DNA from: Eledone cirrhosa | Taxonomy: Eukaryota | DNA: 64,000 nucleotides | Direction: 5' to 3' | Assembly (NCBI GenBank): GCA_964016885.1 | Contig: OZ024766.1 | Coordinates: 13,144,001 to 13,208,000, forward strand | Shown: positions 24,443-38,800 of the stretch, piece after piece | How positions within the stretch are numbered: the first letter of the stretch is position 1 | Layout of the letters: the number at the start of each line of letters is the position of its first letter | Notes under the pieces: model-generated | Databases searched by the model: none | What the model was told of the DNA's origin: nothing | Seen by the model: only the letters and a program-made list of their open reading frames with translations | Position numbers and translations under genes: made by a program

Positions 24443-24794
24443 AACAGTTTTATAGATAAATATATTCGACATACCGTAATAAACATCAACTTAATTTGGA
24501 GAGGTTTACGCTAGCAGTGAAAATACAGAGAGAAAGAAAGAGAGAAAGAAAAGAGGGAAAAAAGAAAGAAAGAAAGACAGAACGAAGAGAAGGAAGAAAA
24601 AGAAAAAGAAGAAAAAATGCATGGAACAAAATAGAGAGATGGAAAAATAGATAAAGCGAAGAGCTTCATGTAAAGAGACAGAAAGAGATATATATATATA
24701 TAGAGAGAGGAGGAAATAGAGATAGATACATATATATATATATAGAAAATTAGGTAGTGGGAGGTCATTTTGAGTAAGTGTATCAATGATACAT

Positions 24795-24837
<43 letters not shown>

Positions 24838-25898
24838 GCTCAAGTATTAATGTAAGGGAGAAATATAGAGAGATATAGAGAGAGAAAAAATTTAAAAAAT
24901 AGCCAGACATATTCGAGGCGTAGAAAACCCTATGTTTCAATGTATTAGTATTTATAAAACTTACACTATACTGTAAATATCAGTATTCCTGAATGAAACA
25001 AGTATTCACAATGCGTGAAAATTCATTATCTTATGTTTAGTTTTAAAAAATTCATATGTTTATGTGACAGCTACAAACATCAATGTGAATCCAACTGATT
25101 CACTCCGCAAATTCTAAGTTACCGGAAAACATTCTCAATGTGGTATAAAAATTTGGGCATATTATTATTCTTGCGATTACTCTACAAGATTATCTATCAA
25201 GCAGAAATAGAGAGCAGATTTCAATATACTAATCGAAAATATATATTATATTATAAACAAAGATAACAATAATAATAATAATAAGTAAAAATATATAAAA
25301 ATATAGAATAGAAAACTAAAAAGATATTACGAAAAAATGTTGCATATTAAAAATACTACGTATTAAAAAATATTACGTATTAAAAATTTACATATAAAAA
25401 TATTAAAAATATTAAAAATAAAATAAAAATAAAAATATTATAGAATACTACAATACTAAAAGAATAAAGATAAAAAATAAAGATAAAAAAAATAAAAATA
25501 AATAAAAATAAAATAAAATAAAAAAAAATAAAAAAAAAAATTTAAAAAAAAATAAAGATAAAAATAAAAATTAAAATAAAAATAAAAATGAAAATAAAAA
25601 TAAACCACAAAGAACAACCCTTCAAAGTTAATTGACAATATATTGCCAAGTTCATTACAAGACAAAGCCAAAAATTATCTAGCAAAGAATATCGCAAAAA
25701 AAAGATTATGATGTCCAATAATGTCTACATATGTTCCTATATTTAATATAGAAGTTTATCTAGTGTAAGGTTAATTCAAAAAAATTTGGAGCATCGGCTT
25801 TTATGGTAGCTTAATTTTTCATGAGGAATGTTTAGATAAACAAATATTTAGATAAATAAAAAAATAAAAATAAATAAAATAAATTAAACAATAACAAG

Positions 25899-26174
25899 AA
25901 TTCTTTCACAGATCCAAATAAAAAATCTTCAACGGCACTATCAGGGGTACTCTGGCAACTTAAGCTAGATAACGTTAGATATTCGACGGCTTGGAATATA
26001 GCCTCAAGAGGGATTCCTTTTAATTCATCCTCTGAGACATGTGACCTCTGCGCAGAGGAGATATTCTTTATACTAAAATCTAAAAATTCCCTTAACCTAC
26101 GGACAAATTTATTCAGTTGTTGCAAGCATAGATTAAACTCAACGTTTAAATATAAATTTAAATTTAAAATGTAG
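25899..26174 (+). pseudogene. PLE GIY-YIG endonuclease C-terminal fragment (absent from the ORF track: no start codon)
   Basis: Manual translation NSFTDPNKKSSTALSGVLWQLKLDNVRYSTAWNIASRGIPFNSSSETCDLCAEEIFFILKSKNSLNLRTNLFSCCKHRLNSTFK... shows the T-x-L-S..W-x-L-K, W-x-I, CxLC-xx-E, LN and CxH pattern also present in 60924-61175. Confidence 0.85.
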
Positions 26175-27265
26175 TATATTTAGTTTGATTTATATTTATA
26201 TGAGAACTAGCCGATAAATCTTTTGATTCCTAAATCTTTGATTCCCTCTTTTTACTCTTTTTATTGTTTAATTTATTTTATTTATTTTTATTTTTTTATC
26301 TAAATATTTTTTTATCTAAATATTTTTTTATCTAAACATTCCTCATGAAAAATTAAGCTACCCTAAAAGCCGATGCTCCAAATTTTTTTGAATTAACCTT
26401 ACACTAGATAAACTTCTATATTAAATATAGGAACATATGTAGACATTATTGGACATCATAATCTTTTTTTTGCGATATTCTTTGCTAGATGTGATTTGAT
26501 AGATAATTTTTGGCTTTGTCTTGTAATGAACTTGGCAATATATTGTCAATTAACTTTGAAGGGTTGTTCTTTGTGGTTTATTTTTATTTTCATTTTTATT
26601 TTTATTTTAATTTTAATTTTTATCTTTATTCTTTTAGTATTGTAGTATTCTATAATATTTTTATTTTTATTTTATTTTTAATATTTTTAATATTTTTATA
26701 TGTAAATTTTTAATACGTAATATTTTTTAATACGTAGTATTTTTAATATGCAACATTTTTTCGTAATATCTTTTTAGTTTTCTATTCTATATTTTTATAT
26801 ATTTTTACTTATTATTATTATTATTGTTATCTTTGTTTATAATATAATATATATTTTCGATTAGTATATTGAAATCTGCTCTCTATTTCTGCTTGATAGA
26901 TAATCTTGTAGAGTAATCGCAAGAATAATAATATGCTCAAATTTTTATACCACATTGAGAATGTTTTCCGGTAACTTAGAATTTGCGGAGTGAATCAGTT
27001 GGATTCACATTGATGTTTGTAGCTGTCACATAAACATATGAATTTTTTAAAACTAAACATAAGATAATGAATTTTCACGCATTGTGAATACTTGTTTCAT
27101 TCAGGAATACTGATATTTACAGTATAGTGTAAGTTTTATAAATACTAATACATTGAAACATAGGGTTTTCTACGCCTCTAATATGTCTGGCTATTTTTTA
27201 AATTTTTTCTCTCTCTATATCTCTCTATATCTCTCTATATTTCTACCTTATATTAATACTTGAGC

Positions 27266-27300
<35 letters not shown>

Positions 27301-27647
27301 ATGCATCATTGATACACTTACTCAAAATGACCTCCCACTACCTAATTTTCTATATATATATATATGTATCTATCTCTATTTCCTCTCTCTATATATATAT
27401 ATATCTCTTTCTGTCTCTTTACATGAAGCTCTTCGCTTTATCTATTTTTCCATCTCTCTATTTTGTTCCATGCATTTTTTCTTCTTTTTCTTTTTCTTCC
27501 TTCTCTTCGTTCTGTCTTTCTTTCTTTCTTTTTTTTCCCTCTTTTCTTTCTCTCTTTCTCTCTGTATTTTCACTGCTAGCGTAAACCTCTCCAAATTAAG
27601 TTGATGTTTATTACGGTATGTCGAATATATTTATCTATAAAACTGTT

Positions 27648-27727
27648 TATATTGTATTTTGTCTGATGAAGGCATAGCATATTGTTAATATGATATCCCC
27701 GAAATATATATAATGAAATAAATATGG
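27648..27727 (+). ncRNA. Type I hammerhead ribozyme motif (family A)
   Basis: Stem I TATTTTGT / ATGAAATA; CTGATGA at 27663; stem II hairpin (CATATT..AATATG); GAAA at 27701; palindromic mini stem III TATATA; predicted cleavage after UA at 27712. The stem II closing pair is an A-C mismatch. Confidence 0.7.
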
Positions 27728-27758
27728 TTTTATCAATATAGTTTTCCATTTATTTAAT

Positions 27759-27764
<6 letters not shown>

Positions 27765-27815
<51 letters not shown>

Positions 27816-28035
27816 TTATATATATATATTTGTGTGTGTGCGTGTGTATATATATATATATGTGTGTGTGTGTGTATATGTGTGCGTGTGTTTATATATA
27901 TATATATGTGTGTATATACATATATATATATATATATGTGTGTATATATATATATATATATGTGTGTATATATATATATATGTGTGTGTGTATATATATA
28001 TATATATATTTGTATATATATATATATATATATAT
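27765..28035. repeat. (TA)n/(TG)n compound microsatellite
   Basis: Alternating TA and TG runs. Confidence 0.97.
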
Positions 28036-28113
28036 AACGAAGGAAATGTGGTAAGGAACCAGATGGACCATAATGCACCAAAGTACTCAATACTTAGGGT
28101 AGTAGAGTGGGTA

Positions 28114-28241
28114 ATAGGAACGAGTAGGACCCCGTTGGCTGAGCTCAAGCCGTTTCGACGGCTAATTCTGGACTAAATTTAGTCCAGAATTGGCCGTCGA
28201 AACGGCTTGAACTCAGCCGTCGGGGTCCTACTCGTTCCTAT
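28114..28241. repeat. Spacerless 128-bp near-perfect palindrome
   Basis: ATAGGAACGAGTAGGACCCCG...GGACTAAA|TTTAGTCC...CGGGGTCCTACTCGTTCCTAT, centre 28177/28178, about 4 mismatches. Confidence 0.93.
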
Positions 28242-28288
28242 ATATATTTATATATATATATAAGATCCAAAGATGGTTAAAAGAGTTC

Positions 28289-28373
28289 CATGTATTTTAT
28301 TATTCGCATTTCAAAAACAAATATCATCATGCAATAACATTTGCGTTTTCGTCAGATAAAATAGGGAGACATG
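28289..28373 (-). ncRNA. Type I hammerhead ribozyme motif (family B, antisense copy)
   Basis: Mirror of 28475-28559 (TTTCGTCAGATAAAATA on the + strand). Confidence 0.6.
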
Positions 28374-28474
28374 ATATGAAGGTTAAAACAGACTTGTGAA
28401 TAGTGCAGTTTTAAATCAACATAATATGTTGATTTAAAACTGCACTATTCACAAGTCTGTTTTAACCTTCATAT

Positions 28475-28559
28475 CATGTCTCCCTATTTTATCTGACGAA
28501 AACGCAAATGTTATTGCATGATGAAATTTGTTTTTGAAATGCGAATAATAAAATACATG
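28475..28559 (+). ncRNA. Type I hammerhead ribozyme motif (family B)
   Basis: Stem I TATTTTAT / ATAAAATA plus distal CATG/CATG; CTGACGA at 28493; stem II AAACGCAAAT..ATTTGTTTTT; GAAA at 28536; TGCGAA; UA cleavage site. Stem III is imperfect. Confidence 0.62.
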
Positions 28560-28681
28560 GAACTCTTTTAACCATCTTTTGATCTTATATATTTTTTATA
28601 CTCCAGTCCTACAAACTGTAGAGTGCTTCTTATCCGATATCTGCATTGCTTTATTGTACTACAATAAAACTCACCTCCTAC

Positions 28682-28739
<58 letters not shown>

Positions 28740-28742
<3 letters not shown>

Positions 28743-29094
28743 GATATTAAATAAATGGAAACTATATTAATAAAACCATATTTATTTCATTATACATATT
28801 TCAGGGATACCATATTAAAAATATACCAAGGCAGCCTCCTAATTTAATGGTCGCTTATATTATGGTACGTCAAAATTATTTATAGAACTGTTTATATATT
28901 GTATTTTATCTGACGAAGGCATGCCATATTTTAATATGGTATCCCTGAAATATGTATAATGAAATAAATATGGTTTTATAAATATAGTTTCCATTTATTT
29001 AATATCGTATATCTACTCCAAAAACTTGTCGAGTGCTTTATATCAGTTATAAAATATTTACTTGTTGTATCCCAACAATTTTAAATAAAACTTT

Positions 29095-29100
<6 letters not shown>
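28740..29100. mobile_element. Short fold-back family A unit (truncated antisense arm + spacer + hammerhead + tail)
   Basis: 28740-28825 is the reverse complement of ~28925-29010. Arms are closely similar to the outer ends of the 24290-27764 element. Flanked by (TA)n. Confidence 0.78.
28895..28973 (+). ncRNA. Type I hammerhead ribozyme motif (family A, well-formed)
   Basis: TATTTTAT-CTGACGA(28910)-AGG.ATGCCATATT TT AATATGGTAT.CCT-GAAA(28947)-TATGTA-TA-ATGAAATA: all three stems and the core are present. Confidence 0.8.
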
Positions 29101-29132
<32 letters not shown>

Positions 29133-29296
29133 CTGTTGCTTCACCATTTTGTTTGTTTACCCTCGCGTCCCCTTTATTTACGTGTCCCAACGACTTTTTT
29201 TAGCCGTTGCTCGCACCAACCGGAGGTATATGGTCTTTAAAGCGATGAAATGCCTATGATGGTTGGAGGATCACTGATGAAGGACAAACTTTTTTC

Positions 29297-29380
<84 letters not shown>

Positions 29381-29384
<4 letters not shown>

Positions 29385-29748
29385 CCAGCAGGCATCTCTA
29401 ACAAAATACCCGTCCCACCACCCCCACCCCATCCACGCCACCCCGTTCTATGTAAAGTTGTGTTGGTGCCACACCATCCAGGCCGAAACAAATGAGATCG
29501 TGTAGGTGTCACGACAAAAGAACACACAGTCCACGCTGTAATGTGGCCGTGTAGGCAACACGGTAAAAACCTCCCAGCCCCACACTGTAAATGTGGTTGG
29601 TGTTAGGAAGGGCATCCAACTGTAGAAAACCTGCCAGACAGTCCTATGCGAGCAAGACAATCACTCTTGCCTCAAGTGGGACTACCCCCGTCCAAACCCA
29701 TGCAAGCGTGGAACACGGACGTTAAACGTTGATGATGATGATGATGAT
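29381..29748 (+). mobile_element. SINE body/3' part with RTE-type tail and (GAT)n
   Basis: GTGGTTGGTGTTAGGAAGGGCATCCAACTGTAGAAAA core, tail CCCGTCCAAACCCATGCAAGCGTGGAACACGGACGTTAAAC(GAT)n. Inverted sister copy at 61775-62145. Confidence 0.8.
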
Positions 29749-30108
29749 ATGCAAAAGTTTTATTTAAAATTGTTGGGTTACAACAAGTAAATATTTTATA
29801 ACTGATATAAAGCACTCGACAAGTTTTTGGAGTAGATATACGATATTAAATAAATGGAAACTATATTTATAAAACCATATTTATTTCATTATACATATTT
29901 CAGGGATACCATATTAAAAATATACCAAGGCAGCCTCCTAATTTAATGGTCGCTTATATTATGGTACGTCAAAATTATTTATAAAACTGTTTATATATTG
30001 TATTTTATCTGACGAAGGCATGCCATATTTTTAATATGGTATCCCTGAAATATGTATAATGAAATAAATATGGTTTTATAAATATAGTTTCCATTTGTTT
30101 AATATCGT

Positions 30109-30110
<2 letters not shown>
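29749..30110. mobile_element. Second short fold-back family A unit
   Basis: Same arm/spacer junction (AATATACCAAGGCAGCCTCC) as 28740-29100, but with the tail on the left in reverse orientation. Confidence 0.78.
29994..30073 (+). ncRNA. Type I hammerhead ribozyme motif (family A, well-formed)
   Basis: CTGACGA at 30009, GAAA at 30047; near-identical to 28895-28973 (one extra T in loop II). Confidence 0.8.
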
Positions 30111-30659
<549 letters not shown>

Positions 30660-31027
30660 GTTTATCATATATTTTAAATGTATTTAACTGCTCGGAAGAG
30701 CCCCTTTTCCTGGAGCTTAATTATTGTAAACGACTGAGAGTTTATTCTCAAAATATAATATAATGTATGGCTCCTTTATTGTAGAGCTGATCCTTATTCC
30801 TGCATAAGCGGCTGTTATTTCTAGCACCGTGAATGTGGGACGGCTCGTTTTGGCCTGCCTACACACGTGTAGTCAGACCTGCAAAATTTTTGATGTGAGA
30901 TGTACTAATTTTACTGGATTCCTGTTGATAAGCACAGAAGATTTGGGTATTTCACTCTTTTATTTCTATTCCATTTCGATTCTCTTTATTTTTCAATTCA
31001 CATTCCACCGTTGAGACATTTATTTAG

Positions 31028-31058
31028 GTTTCGAGGTTCAAATTCGTCTACGGAACAG
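31028..31058 (+). CDS. Weak candidate micro-exon (31 nt): (W)FRGSNSSTEQ
   Basis: TTTATTTAG acceptor downstream of a pyrimidine-rich stretch and CAG|GTTTGA donor. Phase 2 to 0 would link the 6904 and 56183 exons; could be chance. Confidence 0.22.
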
Positions 31059-31235
31059 GTTTGAATTTTGAAATTTAAATCTGTCCAGGAATCATGGCAG
31101 TTGCCAATATAAGCTTGTCTTTATTGACTTATATCGAGACAGACAAATTGTATTCACTTTAATTAGTTTATTTCATTAATAGCTGACTTTGTCTGTTGCA
31201 ATATAAACACATTTCGTGTTTATCATATATTTTAA

Positions 31236-31556
<321 letters not shown>

Positions 31557-31595
31557 GGGAGTGTAACGTGAAGTTTCTGTAGGTCCATTACAACA

Positions 31596-31690
31596 CCAGA
31601 AGTCCGATGAGCTTTTAATTCCAGAGTCGGACCAGATCAATACAGATCGAACCATGAGCTGATCAATAGCGAAACGCGTGTCACAAATCA
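31596..31690 (+). ncRNA. Hammerhead-like motif with CCGAUGA core variant (family E)
   Basis: GAAGT-CCGATGA(31604)-GCT...AGC-GAAA(31671)-CGCGTG-TC-AC, followed by AATAAA; stem I only ~2 bp. Lies in a ~180-bp island between TA tracts. Confidence 0.45.
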
Positions 31691-31741
31691 ATAAACGTAA
31701 TGACGGCTTACCAAATCGCCGTTGTATCTTTATATATATAT

Positions 31742-32483
31742 ATGGAGGCACATGGCTCAGTGGTTAGAGCATTGGCCTTGCAACAGAAAGGTTGTGAGTT
31801 CAATTCTCAGACCGGGTGATGTGTTGTTTCCTTGAGCAAGACACTTTATTTCACATTGCTCCAGTTTACTCAACTGTAGAAATGAGATGATAGGGACTGG
31901 GGTCCCTATCATTCCACTGTAAAGTGGTCGTGGAGGTGCCACAGCAAAAAAGCACACAGCACTCACTGTAAGGTGGTCGTGGAGGTGCCACGGCAAAAAA
32001 GCACCCAGCACTCACTGTAAAGTGGTCGTGGAGGGGCCACGGCAAAAAAGAACCCAGCCTACACTATAAAGTGGTCGTGGAGGTGCCACAGGAAAAAAGC
32101 ACCCAGCACTCACTGTAGAGTGGTCGTGGAGGTGCCACAGCAAAAAAAGCACCCAGCACTCACTGTAAAGTGGTCGTGGAGGTGCCACAGGAAAAAAGCA
32201 CCCAGCACTCACTGTAAAGTGGTCGTGGAGGTGCCACAGGAAAAAAAGCACCCAGCACTCACTGTAAAGTGGTCGTGGAGGTCCCACAGCAAAAAAGCAC
32301 CCAGCACTCACTGTAAAGTGGTCGTGGAGGTGCCACAGCAAAACAAGCACCCAGCACTCACTGTAAATGAGGTTGGTGTTAGGAAGGGCATCCAGCTGTA
32401 GAAATCAAGCCAGAATCAGTTCCCTGTCCCACCCTGGCAAGCAGGGAAAAAGCGGACGTAAAATGAAGATGATGATGATGATG
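31742..32483 (+). mobile_element. tRNA-derived SINE with internal 49-bp VNTR (9 units) and RTE-type tail
   Basis: A box TGGCTCAGTGG (31753), B box GAGTTCAATTC (31796), VNTR 31915-32358, tail GCAAGCAGGGAAAAAGCGGACGTAAAA(TGA)n. Confidence 0.88.
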
Positions 32484-32800
32484 AAACACACACATACCCA
32501 CATATATATATGTATATAAATATATATATATATGCATGTGTGTGTGTTTGAAATGCATCTTGCATGTATGACAATAGTGATTAGCTAATTAGCTGATTAA
32601 TTATTGATTAGGGCATTGGTCAGATAGAACCTGTCTAATCAATAGACACACACATATACGTATATATATATATATACACACACATACACGTGTGTTTATA
32701 TGTGTGTGCATATATGTATAAACACGTATATGTATGTGGAAATATTTATGTATATATGAGCATGTATATATAATTAACTTTTAAAGCATGGACGTAACTT

Positions 32801-35800
32801 ACCACCACCCCCACCAACACCACCACTACACCACTACACCACCACCACCACACCACCGCCACCACCGCCAACAACACAACCACCGCCACCATCACCACCA
32901 CTACACCACCACCACTACACCACCACCACACCACCACCACACCACCAACACCACCACTACACCACCACCACCACACCAACACCACACCACCAACACCACA
33001 CCACCACCAACACCACCACTACACCACCACCACCACCACCAAACACCACCACCACCAACATCACCACACCAACACCACACCACCAACACCACACCACCAC
33101 CACCACCACCAATAACACCACTACACCACCACCACCACCACTACACCACCACACCACCACCACCACCAACAACACCACCACCACCACCACTACACCACCA
33201 TCACACCACCAACACAACCACCACCACCACCAACACCACCACTACACCACTACACCACCACCGCCACCACCGCCAACAACACAACCACCACCACCATCAC
33301 CACCACTACACCACCACCACTACACCACCACCACACCACCACCACACCACCAACACCACCACTACACCACCACCACCACACCAACACCACACCACCAACA
33401 CCACACCACCACCAACACCACCACCACACCACCGCCACCACCGCCAACAACACAACCACCGCCACCATCACCACCACTACACCACAACCACTACACCACC
33501 ACACCACCACCACCACACCACCAACACCACCACTACACCACCACCACCACACCAACACCACACCACCAACACCACACCACCACCACTACACCACGACCAC
33601 CACCACCAAACACCACCACCACCAACATCACCACACCAACACCAACACCACACCACCACCACCACCACCAATAACACCACTACACCACCACCACCACCAC
33701 CACCACTACACCACCACCACCACACCACCACCACCACCAACAACACCACCACCACCAACACCACCACTACACCACCATCACACCACCAACACAACCACCA
33801 CCACCACCAACACCACCACTACACCACCACACCACCACCACACCACCAACACCACCACTACACCACCACCACCACCACCACCATCACCAACAACACCACC
33901 ACCACTACACCACCACCACCACCACCAAACACCACCACCACCACCACCACCACCAAACACCACCACCACCACCACCGCCGCCACCACCACCACCACCACC
34001 ACCACCACCACCACCACCGCCACCACCACCATCACCACCACCAACACCACCACCACTACCACCACCGCCACCACCACCACCACCACCGCCACCACCACCA
34101 CCACCACCACCATCACCAACAACACCACCACCAACACCACCACCACCACCAACAACACCACCACACCAACACCACCACCAACACCACCACCAAACACCAC
34201 CATCACCACCACCACCACCACCACCACCAAACACCACCACCACCACCACCACCATCACCACCACCAAACACCACCACCACCACTACCACCACCACCACCA
34301 CCACCACCACCATCACCAACAACACCACCATCACCACCACCAACACCACCACCAATACCACCACCGCCACCACCACCACCACCACCACCATCACCAACAA
34401 CACCACCACCAACACCACCACCACTACCACCACCGCCACCACCACCACCGCCACCACCACCACCACCATCACCAACAACACCACCACCAACACCACCACC
34501 ACCACCAACAAAACCACCACACCAACACCACCACCACCACCAAACACCACCACCACCACCACCACCATCACCACCACCACTACCACCACCACCACCACCA
34601 CCACCACCACTACCACCACCACCACCACCACCACCACCACCACCACCGCCACCACCACCACCACCACCACCATCACCAACAACACCAACACCACCACCAC
34701 CACCACCATCACCACCACCAACACCACCACCACTACCACCACCGCCACCACCACCACCACCACCACCACCATCACCAACAACACCACCACCAACACCACC
34801 ACCACCACCAACAACACCACCACCAACACCACCACCACCACCATCACCAACAACACCAACACCACCACCACCACCACCATCACCACCACCAACACCACCA
34901 CCACTACCACCACCGCCACCACCACCAACACCACCACCACCACCAACAACACCACCACCAACACCACCACCACCACCATCACCAACAACACCACCACCAA
35001 CACCACCACCACCACCATCACCAACAACACCACCACCACCACCAACACCACCACCACCATCACCAACAACACCACCACCAACACCACCACCACCACCACC
35101 ACCACCAACAACACCACCACCAACACCACCACCACCACCAACAACACCACCACCAACACCACCACCACCACCAACAACACCACCACCAACACCACCACCA
35201 CCACCAACAACACCACCACCAACACCACCACCACCACCAACAACACCACCACCAACACCACCACCACCACCAACAACACCACCACCAACACCACCACCAC
35301 CACCAACAACACCACCACCAACACCACCACCACCACCAACAACACCACCACCACACCAACACCACCACCATCACCACCACCACCATCACCAACAACACCA
35401 CCACCACCACCACCACCACCACCATCACCGCCAACACCACCATCGCCACCAACACCAACACTACACCACCGCCACCACCACCATCACCATCACCACCACC
35501 ACCACCACCATCACCAACAACACCACCATCGCCACCACCACCAACACCACCACTACACCACCACCACCACCATCACCACCACCACCACCACCACCACCAA
35601 CACCACCACCACCACCACCACCACCACCACCACCACCACCACCACCATCACCACCCCACCACCACACCACCACCACCACCACCACCACCACCACCACCAC
35701 CACCACCACCACCACCACCACCACACCACCACCACCACCACCACCACCACACCACCACCACCACCAACACCACCACCACCACCACCACCACCACCACCAC

Positions 35801-38800
35801 CACCACCACCACCACCACCACACCACCACCACCACCACACACCACCACACCACCACCACCACCAACACCACACCACCACCACCACCACCACCACCACCAC
35901 CACCAACACCACCACCACCACACCACCACCACCACCACCACCACCACCACCACACCACCACCACCACCACCACCACACCACCACCACCACCACCACCACC
36001 ACCACCACCACCACCACACACCACCACCACACCACCACACCACCACCACCACCACCACCACCACCACCACCACCACCACCACACCACCACCACCACAACA
36101 CCACCACCACCACCAACACCACCACCACCACCACCACCACCACACACCAACACCACCACCACCACCAACACCACCACCAACACCACCAACACCACACACC
36201 ACCAACACCACCACCACCACCACCACCACCACAACACCACCACCACCACCACCACCACCACCAACACCACCACCACCACTACACCACCACCACCACACCA
36301 CCCACCACCACCAACACCACCACCACCAACACCACCACCACCACCACACCACCACCACCACCACCACACCACCACCACCACCACCACCACCACCACCACC
36401 AACACCACCACCATCACCACCAACACCACCACCAACACCACCACCATCACCACCACCACCAACACCACCACCAACACCACCAACACCACCAACACCACCA
36501 CCATCACCACCAACACCACCACCATCACCACCAACACCACCACCACCACCAACACCACCACCACTACCACCACCCCACCACCACACCACCACCCACACCA
36601 CCACCAACACCACCATCACCACACCACCACCAACACCACCACCACCAACACCACCACCACCACCACCAACACCACCACCACAACCAACACCACCACCACC
36701 ACTACCGCCACCACCACCACCACCATGACAACACCCCCCCCCCCCCCACCCCACCACCAACACCACCACCAACACCACCACCAACACCACCACCACCACC
36801 AACAACACCACCACCAACACCACCACCACCATCACCACCAACACCACCACCACCACCAACACCACCACCACTACCACCACCCACACCACCACCTCCACCA
36901 CCACCAACACCACCACCACCACACCACCACCAACAACAACAACAACACCACCACCAACACCACCACCAACACCACCACCACCCCACCACCACCACCACCA
37001 CCAACACCAACACCACCACCACCAACACCACCACCACCACCAACAACACCACCACCACCACTACACCACCACCACCACCACCACCACCAACACCACCACC
37101 ACAACCAACACCACCACCACCACCACCGCCACCACCACCACCACCACCGCCACCACCACCACCACCACCACCATCACCAACAACACCACCACCAACACCA
37201 CCACCACCACCAACAACACCACCACACCAACACCACCACCAACACCACCACCAAACACCACCATCACCACCACCACCACCACCACCACCAAACACCACCA
37301 CCACCACCACCACCATCACCACCACCAAACACCACCACCACCACTACCACCACCACCACCACCACCACCACCATCACCAACAACACCACCATCACCACCA
37401 CCAACACCACCACCAATACCACCACCGCCACCACCACCACCACCACCACCATCACCAACAACACCACCACCAACACCACCACCACTACCACCACCGCCAC
37501 CACCACCACCGCCACCACCACCACCACCATCACCAACAACACCACCACCAACACCACCACCACCACCAACAAAACCACCACACCAACACCACCACCACCA
37601 CCAAACACCACCACCACCACCACCACCATCACCACCACCAAACACCACCACCACCACCACCACTACCACCACCACCACCACCACCACCACCGCCACCACC
37701 ACCACCACCACCACCATCACCAACAACACCAACACCACCACCACCACCACCATCACCACCACCAACACCACCACCACTACCACCACCGCCACCACCACCA
37801 CCACCACCACCACCACCATCACCAACAACACCACCACCAACACCACCACCACCACCAACAACACCACCACCAACACCACCACCACCACCATCACCAACAA
37901 CACCAACACCACCACCACCACCACCATCACCACCACCAACACCACCACCACTACCACCACCGCCACCACCACCAACACCACCACCACCACCAACAACACC
38001 ACCACCAACACCACCACCACCACCATCACCAACAACACCACCACCAACACCACCACCACCACCATCACCAACAACACCACCACCACCACCAACACCACCA
38101 CCACCATCACCAACAACACCACCACCAACACCACCACCACCACCACCACCACCAACAACACCACCACCAACACCACCACCACCACCAACAACACCACCAC
38201 CAACACCACCACCACCACCAACAACACCACCACCAACACCACCACCACCACCAACAACACCACCACCAACACCACCACCACCACCAACAACACCACCACC
38301 AACACCACCACCACCACCAACAACACCACCACCACACCAACACCACCACCATCACCACCACCACCATCACCAACAACACCACCACCACCACCACCACCAC
38401 CACCATCACCGCCAACACCACCATCGCCACCAACACCAACACTACACCACCGCCACCACCACCATCACCATCACCACCACCACCACCACCATCACCAACA
38501 ACACCACCATCGCCACCACCACCAACACCACCACTACACCACCACCACCACCATCACCACCACCACCACCAGGAACACCACCACCAACACCACCACCACC
38601 ACCACCACCACCACCACCACCAACATCACCACCGCCACCACCACCAACACCACCACCATCACCACCACCACCATCACCACCACCAACACCACTACACCAC
38701 CACCACCACCACCACCACCAACAACACCACCAACACCACCACCAACACCACCACCACCACCACCACCACCACCACCACCACCAACACCACCACCACCACC

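Larger units (their letters stand above)
24290..27764. mobile_element. Fold-back Penelope-like element: ~1.55-kb inverted arms around an endonuclease fragment
   Basis: 24327-25899 is the reverse complement of ~26256-27764 with scattered substitutions and indels. The spacer encodes a PLE endonuclease C-terminus and each arm carries a hammerhead motif near its outer end. Confidence 0.85.
28255..28683. mobile_element. Fold-back hammerhead-bearing non-autonomous element (family B) between (TA)n tracts
   Basis: ~165-bp arms centred at 28424, then a single-copy tail TACTCCAG...GAGTGCTT like the tails of families A and C. Confidence 0.75.

Noticed and set aside
24800-27300. Mitochondrial insertion suggested by extreme AT content
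   Set aside because: No mitochondrial gene motifs; explained by PLE 3' sequence in inverted arms.
29204-29225. Alternative phase 2-0 micro-exon (TTTTTTTAG...GAG|GTATAT)
   Set aside because: Weak donor and located in a probable PLE remnant; it shows such micro-exon matches arise easily, hence the low confidence for 31028-31058.
29262-29297. CTGATGA hammerhead start
   Set aside because: Cut off by a TA/TG microsatellite with no GAAA or stem III; at most a truncated remnant.
31742-31815. tRNA gene
   Set aside because: A and B boxes are present but the acceptor and anticodon stems do not pair and the sequence continues into a SINE body.
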